From Chiloscyllium plagiosum (Eukaryota): DNA of 64,000 nt. The notes beneath the pieces were generated by a model that ran no database searches, had not been told where the DNA came from, and saw only the letters and a list, made by a program, of their open reading frames with translations. The translations under genes were made by a program, and so were the position numbers. Positions within the stretch are counted from its first letter, which is position 1, and each line of letters begins with the position of its first letter. Shown here piece by piece: positions 37,144 through 51,134 of the stretch. The stretch is from NCBI RefSeq assembly GCF_004010195.1, contig NC_057719.1, forward strand, positions 9,711,112-9,775,111. The letters are read 5' to 3'.

Positions 37144-38610
37144 TGTTGCAACATGGTGGTAAACCCTTCTGCTACTTAAACCAAACACGCAGAAAAGCTC
37201 AACACCCAGCCTCCTTTGTCTTAAAGAGTTGTTATCTACCTTCCACTCCGTAACAATATATTGATCCGATAATGCCCCTATTAAATTAGCAGCAAATCAA
37301 TTTTCAAAACCAGACAGTGGTGTCAATCCTCCTCTGTAGATCTCCCTGGGTCATCTTCGGTCTTCTGCTGCACACAGACTTTTCATCTGAAGGAAGGTAC
37401 CTTTGAGAGTTTTCAGGCAGTCTGTCTGACAATGGCAGAAGCTGCTCTTTCTCTGTCTCTTTTTCTCTTCTAACTCCATTTTCTTCAATTGTAATTTAAG
37501 TTTTTCTAACTCTTCTGCACTAATCTGTTTCTCTGACACACCGGCTTGTTGAGTAACTCTCTTACAATTTCAGTTTACTTTTGTCCTTGGTTAAACTGAA
37601 TTCTAACCTCTTTGCTAATTCTAAAAGCAAGATCTTTTTCTTTCCTTCTAAACTTTCTTGGCAAATTTGGGAATCATCTTCAAACCCCAAAACCTCTTTA
37701 GCAATTTTAAGAGGCCATTTCTCTCACTTTTAATTTAACCAACCACAAGTCACCGAAATTAAGCAAATTGCCTCACCTGTTTTATTTAAAGATCTAGGAC
37801 ACAAATCATCAAGTGTTTAAATCTGCTGGGATCTTATCTGTTCAAATCTGTCCAAGTCCCAGACTGGATCAGTCTAAACCTGTCCAAATCCCAGAAAAGC
37901 CCCCAAATTGTTATGACACAATGGTAAACTCTTCTGCTAATTAAACCAAACATACAGAAAAGCTCACCTTGCCTCATAATCTGTTAAAGTCTGAATGACA
38001 AAGAACTACCCAAATTCCACTATTTAAAGAAAAAAAATTCTTTAACTCCACAATTATTTACAACTCTAAGCTTCCTTTCTCAAAGATTTGTTTCCTACCT
38101 CCCACACTATAAAAATATATACTTATCTGATAAGCCCTTATTAAATTTACAGCAATTCAATTTTCAAAACCAGACTGCAGTGCTGATCTTCCTCCGTTTG
38201 TAGATCTCCCTGGGTTATCTTCAGTCTTCTGCTGCAAAAATGTTTTATATGAACAAGGTACCTTTAAGAGAGAGGTAGTCTGTCAATGGCAGAAGGTGCT
38301 CTCTCTCTGGTTAACTGAAAAATGCCTGCTTTTTTATACACCAAACATTAGATCATCTCATTGGTTCAATGTTGCCAAAATAATAAAACTCAAATTTGAT
38401 TGGGTTTTAGTATCTTGGGGCATAACTTAAACTGAATGGTTAAATTTAAACAGTTATGAAAACATGCAACAAGTTCAGAAGTTTGTTTCATAGCCAAATG
38501 TTACAAACTTTCAATTTTCCAGTACATGTTGAGAATGTTGTTAATCACATGACAGGTGACTACAATCACTCCCTCTTAAAGGTACATTACATGCTTTCAA
38601 CTTCATAATA
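37144..38610 (-). mobile_element. Internally deleted LTR retrotransposon (Gypsy-like), nested in an HE1 SINE
   Basis: LTR 37909-38610; partial second LTR 37144-~37452; PBS-like tgggggct (37898-37905, tRNA-Pro type); gag-like remnant ...ELEKLKLQLKKMELEEKKRQR; SINE halves at ~37048-37143 and 38611-38870. Confidence 0.75.
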
Positions 38611-39548
38611 TCTAATCCTGTAACCCCACCTTCCCCATGGCTAATTTACTGGGTCTGCACATCCCTGGACACTAAGGGGAATTTAGCATAGCCAATCCAC
38701 TCTAGCCTACACATCTTTGGACTGTGGGAGGAAACCAGAGCACCCAGAGGAAACCCCCACAAGGGAGAATGTGTGCAAACGGAACATAGTTAGTGACTCA
38801 AGGCTGGACTTGAACCCTGCCCCTTGGCGTTATGAGGCAGCAGTGCTAACCACTGAGCCACCATGCCACCGTCAGTGGTGAGACTTGGACAATAAATGTT
38901 AGACTTGGAAAAACCATTGTCTCAGACACCTCTTGACAAGACAAGGTTATTGTGTGTGGGCCATCATTACCTTCAAAGTGTATGGGTTCTCCAGAGTCCT
39001 AGGTGATCCAGTCTAGGAGGAGAGATTCTGTCTGGTCTAATAACAACATTGTAAGCAGGACATAATTTATTATGTCTCTGCAACTATCTACAGGTTATAA
39101 GGAGAGGCTCAACCTTACTACAAAGATTAATGGGTAGATCCAGCATTCCCCACTGTTGCTCTAGACGTTTCTGCTGCATTTCCTGTAGAGGAAAGCAGTG
39201 GGCTGAGCAGATGCGTGATTAGTTGGCCTCGTTGCCAGGCCATCTGCTCGATTAGCTGTTCTTTCTGTTTTGCCACCTTCTTCCACTGCCCCTCCAAAGT
39301 ATTCATGCTCTGAAGTTCATGGGTATTAGAGACAGTCTCCCAGTTGACATTGCCATGGTCTACCATTCCTTCATCTCACTCACAGGTGTTCTTCGCAGCA
39401 AAGGGAGAATGATGTGACTCAGTGACCAGTTCACCCTCCGGAAAGTCTTTGTGTAAAATTCACCTTTGACGCAACGAGCATGGCTGAACAAATTCAGAAA
39501 TTGTTGGCTTCACAATGTGAATGGAATTAGCACACTTCAAGAGCTGTG

Positions 39549-39737
39549 ATTCCTGATGAAGGGCTTTTGCCCGAAATGTGGATTTTACTGCTCCTCGGAT
39601 GCTGCCTGAACTGCTGTGCTTTTCCAGCACCACTAATCCAGAATCTGGTTTCCAGTATCTGCAGTCATTGTTTTTACCTTTTTCTAGCACCACTCTAACC
39701 TAGACTCTGATTTCCAGCATCTGCAATACTCATTTTT
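39549..39737 (+). mobile_element. Penelope-derived repeat with hammerhead core (cleavage triplet mutated)
   Basis: CTGATGAagggcttttgcccGAAAtgtg; 19-bp TSD gcacaYttcaagagctgtg (39530-39548 / 39738-39756). Confidence 0.75.
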
Positions 39738-40074
39738 GCACATTTCAAGAGCTGTGTTAGTGCCCTTTGTTGTATGTGCGTCTGATAGTTGATTGAGGGC
39801 AATAAGCATCTCTTACTATGACAATGTCATGAAAACTTGGTGAGGGAGTACAATCATTAGGCCTAAAGATGCTGGAGCAGAATTCAGCCCATTCAGTCTG
39901 CTCCATATACCAATTATCGATTATCTAAACAACATGGGCAGGGAAAATGTTCGGATAGTTGAATGCCAGATAACACAGTTTAGCCAAGCATCAGGACCTT
40001 GCGATCTTTTCTGGATAATCCGAAATTTGGAGAATCGATGTTCAGATAGGTTCCTCTGTATGTATATGAGTGCA

Positions 40075-40735
40075 TTAAGTTCCTAGGAGTAACAATCACC
40101 CAACAATCTGTCCTGGTCCATCCATATCGATGCGACGGTCAAGAAAGTACAACAACTTCACTACATCCTCAGGAGACGAAGGAAATTCAGCATGTCCATA
40201 AAGACTCTTACCAATTTTTATAGATGCACCATAGAATGTATCCCATCCAGATGCATCACGGCTTCATATGGCAACTGCTCTGCGCAGATTCACAAGAAAA
40301 CTACAGAGAGTTGTGAACATAGCCCAGTCCATCACGCACACCAGCCTTCCATCCACTGACTCCGTCTATACTTCCCGCTGTCTCGGGAAAGCAGCTAACA
40401 TAAGCAAAAACCCTTCCCACCTCGGTTATAATTTTTTCCAACCTCTTCTTTCAGGCAGAAGATACAAAAGCTTAAACACACGTACCAACAGATTCAAGAA
40501 CAGTTTCTTCCCCGCTTTTATGAGACTCTTGAATGGACCTCTCGAATGTTACATATAATGTTGATCTCGCTCTTTGTGCGCCTTCTCTGCACTATAACCG
40601 TGTACTCCTCACACTGTTCTATTATCCTAATGCACCTTATATGTCATGATCTGCTTGTACTCTATGCAAAACAAAACTTTTCACTGTACCTAGGTACATG
40701 GGACGATAATAAAGAAGACCAAATTGAATCAAATT
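40075..40735 (+). mobile_element. Rex1/Babar-like LINE 3' end
   Basis: KLQRVVNIAQSI...SGRRYKSLNTRTNRFKNSFFP. Confidence 0.85.
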
Positions 40736-40739
40736 ATCC

Positions 40740-42830
40740 CTGACACCAGTGATTCCTTAAAGATCACCACCAACACCTCCACAATCTCCTCACCATCTCC
40801 TTCAGAACCCTAAGGTGTAGTCCATTGATTCTGGGTGATTTATCCACTTGCAGGTTTTTCAGCTTCCCCAACACCTTCTCCTTAGTGATGACCACAACAC
40901 TCACCTCTGCCCCCTAACTCTCTTGAAGTTCTGGTATGCTGCTGGTGTCTTCCACTGTGAAGACTTATGCAAAGTACCTATTCAGTTCCTCTGCCATTTC
41001 TTTGTTCCCAATTACTACTTCTCCAGCCTCATTTTCCAGTAGTCCACTCTTGCCTTTCTCTTGGTCCCTGAAGCACCCTTGGTCCTGGAGGAATACTGTC
41101 TTGTTTATTTTTTCACTGTCTCAGTTGTATATGGTAGAAATGACAAATGAAAGCTACTCTACTCTATCTTTTTGATATCTAAACAAACTCTTGAAATTTT
41201 CTTTTATAATTGCTAGCTAGCTTACCCTCATATTTCATCTTCTCCTCCTTCCTGCTTTTCTAGTTGTTATCTGCTGGTTTTTAAAGGCCTCCCAATCATT
41301 TTAGCTTCCAATTAATTGCATGTTTTTCCATTTGATTAGATTCCCTACAGTGTGGAAGCAGACCCTTCAGCCCAACAAGTCCACACCGACCCTCTGAAGA
41401 GCAACCCACCCAGACCCATTCCCCAACATTTGTCCCTGACTAATCCACCTAATACTACAGGCAATTTAGCATTGCCAATTCACCTAACTGGCACATATTT
41501 GGATTGTGGGAGGAAACCCACACAGACACGGGGAGAATGTGCAAACTCCACATAGACAGTTGTCCGAGGTGGGAATTGAGCCCCAGTCCCTGTGAGGCAG
41601 CAGTGCTGCCACCCTGCTGAACCAGCCTGCTGTCCCTGACTTCCCTGGTCAGCCGTCCATGCCTTGACCTCCTTTAGAATGTTTCTTCTTCCTTGCCATG
41701 AATTGCTGATTGCCTCCTGATTTACCCTCAGACACTCCTGCCATTGCTGCACCATCATCTTCTCTGCTAAGCTCCTCTTCCAATCAACTCTTGCCAGCTC
41801 CTCCCTCATGTCTTTGTAGTCAACTTTACTCAACATTAATACTGTTATATCTAATTCGATCCTCTCCCTCTCAAACTGCAGGATGAATTCTATCATATTA
41901 CAGTCACTGCCCTCCAGCAGTTCCTTCACCTTAAGCTCTCTATTCAAATCTGCCTCATTACACATCACCAAATCCAGAATCACCCATTCTCTAGTGGGCT
42001 CTACCACAAGCTGCTCAAAATTCCATCTCATAGACACTTCACAAATTCCATTCCTTGGGATCTGCTGTCAACCTGATCTTCCCAGACAACCTGCATGTTG
42101 AAGTCACCCATGATTATTGATTTCTTTTCTGCTCCACATCCTGGCTACTGCTCAAAGGCTGTACATCAGGATCTTTTTCCCTTTGTGGTTCCTTGACTCT
42201 ATTCACACAGACTCTCTGCCTTCTGACTCTGTATCACTTCTCGCTATTGATTTAATCTTATTTCTTTACCATTCCCTCTGCCTATCTGCCTATCCTCTCA
42301 ATAGGATGCCTATCGTCGGATATTAGTTTCCATCCTTGATCTCCTTGCAGCCACATCTCTGTGATACCCACGATGGCTGGCAATTTCAACATGTGCTCCA
42401 AGCTCATTTCCTTTGTTTCACATACTTCGTGTATTTAAGCACAACAGCATCAGTCCTTTATCGCACCATTTGACCACCCCCTTTACCATAGTTATCCCCT
42501 TATTTGCTCTGCTGAAGTTAGATTTCTGACCCTTTCGATACTCTTTGTCCTCTTACTTAGTATCCTCTCCTGAGCCCTCCCTCTAACTAGTTTAAAGTCC
42601 TTGTGACCAACTTATTTAATCTTTCTGCTAAGATTGGTTCAGGTGCAGCGTGTCCCAATAACACAATTCCTCCCTGATGCAAGTGCCCCACGAAATATCA
42701 CCCGCCTTTCCCATACAACTCCTTTAGACATGTGGTTGCTTCCCTAATCTTCTTATGTCTTTGTCAATTTGTACGTGGCTCAGGTAATAATCCAGAGATT
42801 ACAATCTTTGAGGTCCTGTTCTTCAATTTA
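40740..42830 (-). mobile_element. Old CR1-type LINE fragments, interrupted by an HE1 SINE (41333-41620)
   Basis: EQLVVEPTREWVILDLVMCNE endonuclease motif; SINE core on the minus strand. Confidence 0.75.
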
Positions 42831-43418
42831 TAGGAATAGGGAGGTCATGCTGCAACTACGCAGGAGATTGTTTCGGCCACTTTTGTAATACTGTGTTCAA
42901 TTCTGGTCTCCCTCCTCTAGGAAAGATGTTGCAAAACTTAAAAGGGCTCGGAAAAGATTTCCCAGGATGTTGCCAGGGTTGGAGAGCTATAGGGAGAGGC
43001 TGAATAGGTTTTTCCTGGAGCATCGGAGGCTGAGGAGTGACCTCATAGAAGTTTATAAAATCATGAGGGGCATGGATGGGATAAATAGCCAAGTCTTTTT
43101 TCCCAGGGTAGGGGAGTCCAAAACTAGAAGGTCCACAGGTTTAACGTGAGAAGGGAAAGATTTAAAAGGGACCTAAGTGGCAACTTTTTCACACAGAGGA
43201 TGGTGCGTGTATGGAAAAGAACTGCCAGAAAAAGTGGTGGAGGCTGGTAAAATTACAACGTTTAAAAGGCAAAAGGATGGCTATACGAATAGGAAGAGTT
43301 TAGAGGGATATGAGTCAAGTGCAGGCAAATGGGACTAGATTAATTTAGGATATCTCGTCGGTATGGGCTAGTTGGACTGAGGGTCTGGTTCCATGCTGTA
43401 CATCTCTATGACTCTATG
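42830..43418 (+). mobile_element. CR1 3' end
   Basis: RRLRSDLIEVYKIMRG and (ctatgact)n tail. Confidence 0.88.
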
Positions 43419-43712
43419 AATATCTGACTTGATAGAACAGACTGGACTTCAGATTGAAATTAGCTCTTAAATTAAAGTATTCCTTAAAATATACTCTTGA
43501 TTCACCCTCTCTCACCAAGTCACACGCTAATGCACCAAAGCAGCAATCCAGTGCAGCTTGTGAACAAAGCCAGGAGTCCTTGTCATCCAAAAGCAATCCC
43601 ATCTTGCTCCTGTGGCAGGGCATGACACACTGCCTGTTGTTGGATCAATACTGGAGCTAGTGGCAAATGGCTCTTTGCCTAAGGATCACCCTCCAGTAGC
43701 AATGGGATTGAA

Positions 43713-44530
43713 ACATAGAAGATAGGATCAGGAGGAGGCCATTCTGCCCTTCCAACCTGCTCTGGCATTTATCACGGTCATGACTGATTGTCCAACTCAA
43801 TAGCCTAATCCTGTTTTCTCCCCATAACCTTTGATCTCATTCGTCCCAAGTGTGATATCTAGCTGCCTCTTGAATGCTTTCAATGTTTTGGCATCAACTA
43901 CTTCCTGTGGTAATGAATTCCACAGGCTCACCATTGTTTGGGTGAGGAAATGTCTCCTCATCTCAGTCCTAAATTGGTCACCCTGAATCCTCAGACTGTG
44001 ACCCCTGGTTTCGAACGCACCCACCACTGGGAACATCCTCCATGCATCTACCGTCTAGTCCTGTTAGAGTTTTATAAGTCTCTATGAGATCAACTCTCAT
44101 TCGTCTGAACTCCAATAAAAACTATTCTAACCTCGTCAATCTCTCCTCGTACGTCAGTCCCACCATCCCTGGAATCAGCCTGGTAGATCTTTGCTACACT
44201 CCCTCGAAGGCTAGAGCATCCTTCCTCAGAAAAGGAGACCAAAACAGCACACAATATTCTCAGTGTGACCTCACCAAGGCCCAGTATAACTGCAACAACA
44301 CATCCCTGCTCCTGTACTCAAAACCTCTCACAATGAAGGCCAACATACCATTTGCCTTCTTTACCACCTGCTGCACCTGCATGCTAACCTTCAGCAACTG
44401 GTGCACAAGGACACCCAAGTCCTACTGCACACTCCCCTCTCCCAATTTACAGCCATTCAGGTAGTCATCTACCTTCTTGTTTTTGTTCCAAACTGAATAA
44501 CCTCACACTTATCCAGATTATGCTGCGGCT
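43713..44530 (-). mobile_element. CR1 3' end (second subfamily)
   Basis: TRGHSLRIQGDQFRTEMRRHFLTQ...WNSLP. Confidence 0.85.
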
Positions 44531-44847
44531 GCCATAGATTTGCCGATCCACCCAGCCTGTACAGATCATGCCAATCTGGGATGGGAAAGCACTCCACAGT
44601 CCTCCACACCATGAACACCATTGGGGTGGAAGTGGAGTAATTGCAGGATCTGCATCCCTCCAGTATTTGGCCTGGCCTCCCCATCTCGAAGTCCACCATG
44701 GCAGGACACCACCTTCTGCCCAAGGTCATTTTCAAGCTGGCATTTTGAATTGAAGCAGACTTCTTATTTTGTCTTAAATGAAGAGGGAAAGACAAGTTGG
44801 TGGAAACACATTTAAATTCAGGTGTTCTTTGAAAGACTCTACAACCA

Positions 44848-46395
44848 TTGAAGGAGGAGGTACTGGATGTCTTGAAATGCACAAAGGTGGATAAATTCCC
44901 AGGACCTAATCAGGTGTACCACAGAACTCTGTGGGAAGGCAGGGAAGTGATTGTTGGGCCTCCTGCTGAGATATTTGGATCATTGATAGTCACAGGTGAG
45001 GTGCCGGAAGACTGGAGGTTGGCTAATATGGTACCATTATTTAAGAAAGGTGGTAAGGACAAGCCAGGGAACTATAGACCAGTGAGCCTGACGTTAGTGG
45101 TGGGCAAGTTGTTGGAGGGAATCCTAATGGACAGGATTTACATATATTTGGAAAGGCAAGGACTGACTAGGAATAGTCAACATGGCTTTGTGCTTGGGAA
45201 ACCATGTCTCACAAACTTGATTGAGTTTTTTGAGGAAATAACAAACAGGATTGATGAGGGTAGAGCGGTAGATGTGATTTATATTAATTCAGTAAGGCAC
45301 TCAACAAGGTTCTCATGGAAGACTGGTTAGCAAGGTAAGACCTCATGGAATACAGGGAGAACTAGCCATTTGGATACAGAACTGACTCAAAGGTAGAAGA
45401 CAGAGTTTCAGACTGGAGGCCTGTGACCAGTGGAGTGCCACAAGGACCGGTGCTGGGTCCACTACGTTTTCATTATTTATATAAATGATTTGGGTGTGAG
45501 CATAAGAGGTATAGCTAGTAAGTTTGCAGATGACATCAAAATTGGAGGTGTAGTGGACAGTGAAGATGGTTACCTCAGATGACAACTGGATCTTGATCAG
45601 ATGGGTCAATGGACTGAGGAGTGGGAGATGGAGTTTAATTTAGATGAATGCGAGGTGTTGCATTTGGGAAAAGCAAATTTAGCAGGACTTATACACTTAA
45701 TGGTAAGGTCCTAGGGAGTGTTGCTGAACAAAGAGACCTTGGAGTGCAGGTTGATACTTCTTTGAAAGTAGAGTCACAAGTAGATAGAATAGTGAAGAAG
45801 GCGTTTGGTATGCTGTCATTTATTGGTCATATTATTGAGTACAGGAGTTGGGAGGTCATGTTGCAGTTGTACAGGACTTTGGTTAAGCCACTTTTGGAAT
45901 ATTGCATGCAATTCTAGTCTCCTTCCTATCTGTTGTGAAACTTGAAAGGGTTCAGAAAATATTTACAAGGATGTTGCCAGGGTTGGAGGATTTGAGCGAT
46001 AGGGAGAGGTTGAATAATTTAGGGCTGTTTGCTCTGGAGCATCAGATGCTGAGGGGTGACCTTATAGAGGTTTATAAAATCATGAGGGGCATGGATTGGA
46101 TAAATAGACAAAGTATTTTCCCTGGGGTCAGGGAGTCCAGAACTAGAGGGGCATAGGTTTAGGCTGAGAGGGGGAAAGATAAAAAAAGGGACCTCAGGGG
46201 CAACTTTTCCACACAGAGGGTGGTGTGTGTGTGGAATGAGCTGCCAGAGGAAGTGGTGGAGGCTGGTACAATTGCAACATTTAAAAGGCATCTGGATGGG
46301 TATATGATAAGAAGGGTTTGGAGGGATATAGGCTGGGTGCTGGCAGGTGGGACTAGACTAGGTTAGGATATCTGGTCGGCATGGACGAGTTGTAA
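44848..46395 (+). mobile_element. CR1 LINE (RT to 3' UTR), frameshifted
   Basis: PEDWRLANMVPLFKKG, NYRPVSLT, QHGF and LIEVYKIMRG. Confidence 0.92.
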
Positions 46396-46659
46396 CTCTA
46401 AGTATCAGTAGCCATTGTTGTGATGCAATTTAAGGCAGCAGCCATTCTTCAGACAACAATTCTCACAAACAGCAATGAAGCAGTGACAATGTCATCCCCT
46501 TTCAGCTGATTTTTGAAGTGTAAATCTTGTCCACAACAATGGGGGGAGAACCCAACAGCACATCTTCCAAACAGTACTGTGTAATTGATGGTGCTCAACT
46601 GAGAGGACCACTTGAACCTTGATTTGACATTTCAACTGCAGGAAGGCTAAAGGCACTGG

Positions 46660-47222
46660 TCAGACTACAGCTGGATAACTGTGAACAACTTTTTCTCCCT
46701 CACCTAAGGAAGGAAAGACAGACTGACATTGGAGGCATTCCAGAGTAGGGTCACACTGCTGGTACCAGTTATAGAGGCAGTGCCTTCTGAGGAGAGGTTA
46801 AGCACAGGTTATGGATCTGTACTCATCGGAGTTTAGAAGAATGAGATGTGACCTTCGTGAAACATACGAGATTCTCAGGAGACTTCACAGACTAGATGTG
46901 GAAAGGTTGTTTCCCCTCTGTGAGACAGTCTGGAACCAAAGGGACATAACCCCAGAGTAAGGGGTCACCCATTTAAGACAGAGATGAGGAGGAATTTCTT
47001 CTTTCAGAGAGTAGAGAATCTGTGGAATTCTTTACCACAGACAGCTTTGAGATTATGTCATTACTATACTCAAGGCTGAGATAGACAGGTTTTTAAGCAG
47101 TAAGGGATTGGAGGATTATGGTGAAAGGGCAGTGGAATTGAGATGGCCATAACCTCATTGAATGGCACAGCAGACTAGATGGGCTGAATAGCCTCCTTCT
47201 GCCTCAATGTCTTCTGGTCTTG
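46660..47222 (+). mobile_element. Decayed CR1 3' fragment
   Basis: tttaagacagagatgaggaggaatttctt...ctgtggaattc. Confidence 0.75.
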
Positions 47223-48277
47223 CAGTCTCCTGGTTTCTATCCTATCTGCTGACTGTTGTTCGCAGAGCATTCTGTTGGAAAAATCTGAAGATCTGATAGG
47301 AGCCATCGCATTCGCCACTTGCAGATTTTAGGCTGTGTCAAATGTGGAAAAACCGCAAGAAACAGATCAAGATTCAGAGAACGCTAGCCATAAAACTGGC
47401 TAACAAAATACCATCTACTTGTTGTAATTGGGTAGAATAACAGCTTTTCCTGTGTCACACACTAGATTTGAGTGCAGTCAGGCAGGGAACCAGAATTATC
47501 GACTTTATGTAAATAGTGTTCAGTGTCTGCTCCTGATCTGCCTGTGAGCAGAGAATACCGAATAACTCCAGCAAGTGTTCAGCACCTTCTCTTTCTTTCC
47601 CTGCAACATTTAGGACCATATGCCTTTCATGTGAATGATTTCAGTTCAATCTTTGATTGGAAATTATGTCTCTTCAAATAACAAAGACATGTTAGCTAGA
47701 CATGTTGATCCCTCGTCAGGAGTACTCAGTACAGAAAAGTCTTTCTTGTCGAGTTATTATGCAGTACCTGTGCTCACATATGCAACTCCCCCATGTCACC
47801 ATCATAGCTTTCTGTTGCTGTACCATGAAAGAAATTCAAAGTGATCAAGGAAGATTAAACACAATGTACTCACAATCTGATCCTTAAATGAATACAACAG
47901 AAAGAAAAGTGCAAAACAAATGCGCAATCTTAATTTTGTTTCTTTCTTTCAAGTGTCACCACGAAAAAAATATCTATTGTGTGTTCCATCCAGTGGTAAA
48001 TGTATCAGGCACAGTAGGTAGTGTTAATAATTTGTACAGAAATGTTCTAAGAGGGCAAAGTCCTTTTGGTGATCTGATGGCTTCTGTTCTGTGTCGCAAG
48101 AAGAGTCCAAACCCACTAGATGGCACCAAAGCTGCATCTATAAATCACACGCTCTGTAGCTGAAACTCAGAAGTCTCATGTTGTCTTGGCTGAATAGACT
48201 GAAGTAAATGGGCAATTTGTTTTCACCAGACTCTTGACACAGCTAGACCAGCTGTGCTTCAGAAAAGTCTTTGTACA

Positions 48278-48919
48278 CTGCGCAAGGAGAACAAAGAAAG
48301 GAAAAGAAAAAGCTCCATTCTGTCTGCTCTGTCTCTCGGAAAGAGCGATCATCAGTCCCACTTCCACTGCATCTTGCACAAGACTATCGCTGGTGGTGTT
48401 GGGACAATTCACTAATTGTGAAACATGTGGGTTGTTTTTGGGTCTTGTCTTGTTCTGAGCTTGCTGATGGTTTGACTCAAAGTGTACAAGTTGTGGTGAT
48501 GTGTTGGTAATGTCACTCAGCTAGTAATCCTGAAACAAACCCAGAAATCACTGGAAAAGCGCAGTTCTGAGGAAGGGTCACTGGACCAGAAACGCTAACT
48601 CTGATTTCTTTCCACAGATGCTGTCAGACCCACTGTGTTTTTCCAGCAATTTCTGTTTTTATTTCAGGGTTATGAGCCCAGCAACACCACCACCACATCA
48701 ACACTTCCTCTATACTTTGAGTGAAACCATCAGCAAGCTCAGAACAAGACAAGACCCAAAAACAACCCACATGTTTCACAATTAGTGAATTGTCCAAACA
48801 CCACCAGCGATAGTCTTGTGCAAGATGCAGTGGAAGTGGGACTGATGATCGCTCTTTCCGAGAGACAGAGCAGACAGAATGGAGCTTTTTCTTTTCCTTT
48901 CCTTGTTCTCCTTGCGCAG
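48278..48919. repeat. Inverted duplication with ~208-bp arms (48278-48486 / 48711-48919)
   Basis: Near-perfect reverse complement; also seen as mirrored ORFs 48176-48412(-) and 48785-49027(+). Confidence 0.95.
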
Positions 48920-49834
48920 AAAAATTCAGTTCTGAGGAAAGGTCACTGGACCAGAGCCGTTAACTCGATTTCTCTCCGCAGATGCTGCCAGACCTGCTAT
49001 GCTTTTCCACGCAATTTCTGTTTTTAGTTCTGATTTCCAGCATTTTCAATTCTTTCAGCTTTTAGTTAGTAATCCAGAACACCAAGTAAATATCCCGGGG
49101 CCATGGGTTCAAACCTCATTGCGATAGAGGGTGAAGTTTGGTTTCAACAAAAAGCTCCCACAAGGTGTTATAGAATGACAATGATGGAAAATAGGAATTG
49201 ACTGGGAATAAAAACGCACAAAGGCTTGGGACAGGCAGTGGTAGACTGCAAAGGTCACTGGACAAGTAATCCGAAAGCCCAAACTAACGACAAGACTTGC
49301 TGCTAAACTAAATGAAGTTAAAGTATGGAATACAAAAATGCTGGTCTCAGTAAGGAAGACCATGCAACCCCCATGGCCAATTGTTGTGAAAAACTATCCT
49401 CTTTTCTGATGCCCTTTAGGGGCCGGGAAATCTGCCCTCTTTACATGGTCTGGCCTACATGTGACTCCAGACCCACAGCAAAGTGGTTGACTGGGCAATT
49501 AGGGATGGCCATTAAATGCTCGATCAGCCAGCATTTAGAAAGTCTTTAAAAAGACTCCAGTACACGATGAGGAATAGGTGGCCAATCTCAGCAGCTGGTA
49601 GAAAGATAGCTGGCCATTCAGCCCGGGATGTGGATACTAATCCAGCCCAAAATGAAGCCATGGAGATCAGAAAAAGGATTCCCACTGCTGTGCACCTGTA
49701 ATATTTCTCCACATCGCACACCACATATTGGAAACTTTACACAAAACCAGGGACCCAAAGACATTTCACAGTCAGGTGAAGGTTGGTGTTGGAATACAAC
49801 AATGGGAATTAAGGCTGGTATCAAACCATGCAAT

Positions 49835-50220
49835 AGATAGAGTCATCATGTTGTACAGCAGGGAAACAGGCCCTTCATTTCAACTCACCCATCGCAACCA
49901 GATATCCTAAAGTTATCTAGTCCCATTTCCTAGCTTTTGGCCCATATTCCTCTAAACCCTGCCTATTCATATACCCATCCAGATGCCTTTTAAATGCTGC
50001 AATTGTACCAGCCTCCATCACTTCCTCTGGCAGCTCATTCCAGACACACACCACCCTCTGCATCAAAACATTTCCCCTTAGGTCCCTTTTAAATCTTTTC
50101 CCTCTCACCTTCAACCTATGCCCTCTTGTCTTGGAGTTACCTACCCTGGGGAAAAGACCTTGGCTATTCATCATATCCATGCCCCTCATGATTTTATAAA
50201 CATCTATAAGGTCCCCTCAG
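49835..50220 (-). mobile_element. CR1 3' end
   Basis: TRGHRLKVRGKRFK...WNELPEEV. Confidence 0.88.
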
Positions 50221-50970
50221 ATTCCAATCCAATGGGGAAAACAGTTCCCTCTTATTACTGGCTCCCAAATTAGAGAGTATTTCATTTTGTAGCATTAATG
50301 CTGCCTCATGTTGGTGGAGACCCAAAATTACAACAAAAAAGCTGTTTTGGTCGTGAATTTCCTATTGAGATGAAGTTCTACTAAGTGCCACTACAGCATA
50401 AACTTACTGATAGATCATTCCAAAACAGCTGGAGAGCGCACATGTTAACTCCCAGCAGATCTGAGTAATTCCATTTTTTAGCTAGCTAATGGGCCTAGCT
50501 GAAGTAATGGGTGCATAATGGCAGGAAACAGTAACACCACACAGACGTCATTATCATCTGACAGTGATCTAATTGGTCTTTGTTAATTAGATTCTAATTG
50601 GTGCATGATTAAGAACTTGGACATTAAAGAACTATGAGCAATATTAGCATTCTTCTTTGTAAAGAGTTTCAACTGACACAACTGCGTAAGCTAATAAATT
50701 GCAGGCTGGCTGGAATTTTCAAGAAGACTCCTAGAAAACTTTATTTTCTGGTAATAAAATGTTCAGCTCAAACTGCGCACTGCAGCAAACAGTCCACAGA
50801 ATCTATTTTAAATAAAGAGCTTCTGCAAGCTACAGCAAACAAAACTCATGGCAAAATCTCAAACAACATCTCCAACAAAATACAGGAGTACAAGAATACT
50901 AGCGTAGTACAGCACACTTTGTTTTAATGGGCATCTTATGAACCGGCACTCTGGATAAAGCAGCAAACAG

Positions 50971-51134
50971 GAGAAAGTGAGGGCTGCAGATGCTGGAGAT
51001 CAGAGCTAAAAATGTGTTGCTGGAAAAGCGCAGCAGGTCAGGCAGCATCCAGGGAGCAGGAGAATTGATGTTTCGGGCCTGAGCCCTTCTTCTGCCTGAC
51101 CTGTTGCGCTTTTCCAGCAACACATTTTCAGCTC
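50971..51134 (-). mobile_element. Penelope-derived repeat with short inverted arm
   Basis: Same family as 39549; TSD taaagcRgYaaacag (50956-50970 / 51135-51149). Confidence 0.7.

Noticed and set aside
39905..40060. pogo/Tigger-like MITE remnant (attatcyga motifs; also ~51333)
   Set aside because: Too decayed to define both terminal inverted repeats or a TA TSD.
48176..49027. Duplicated small protein MNCPNTTSDSLVQ...
   Set aside because: Product of the inverted duplication; no splice or homology support.
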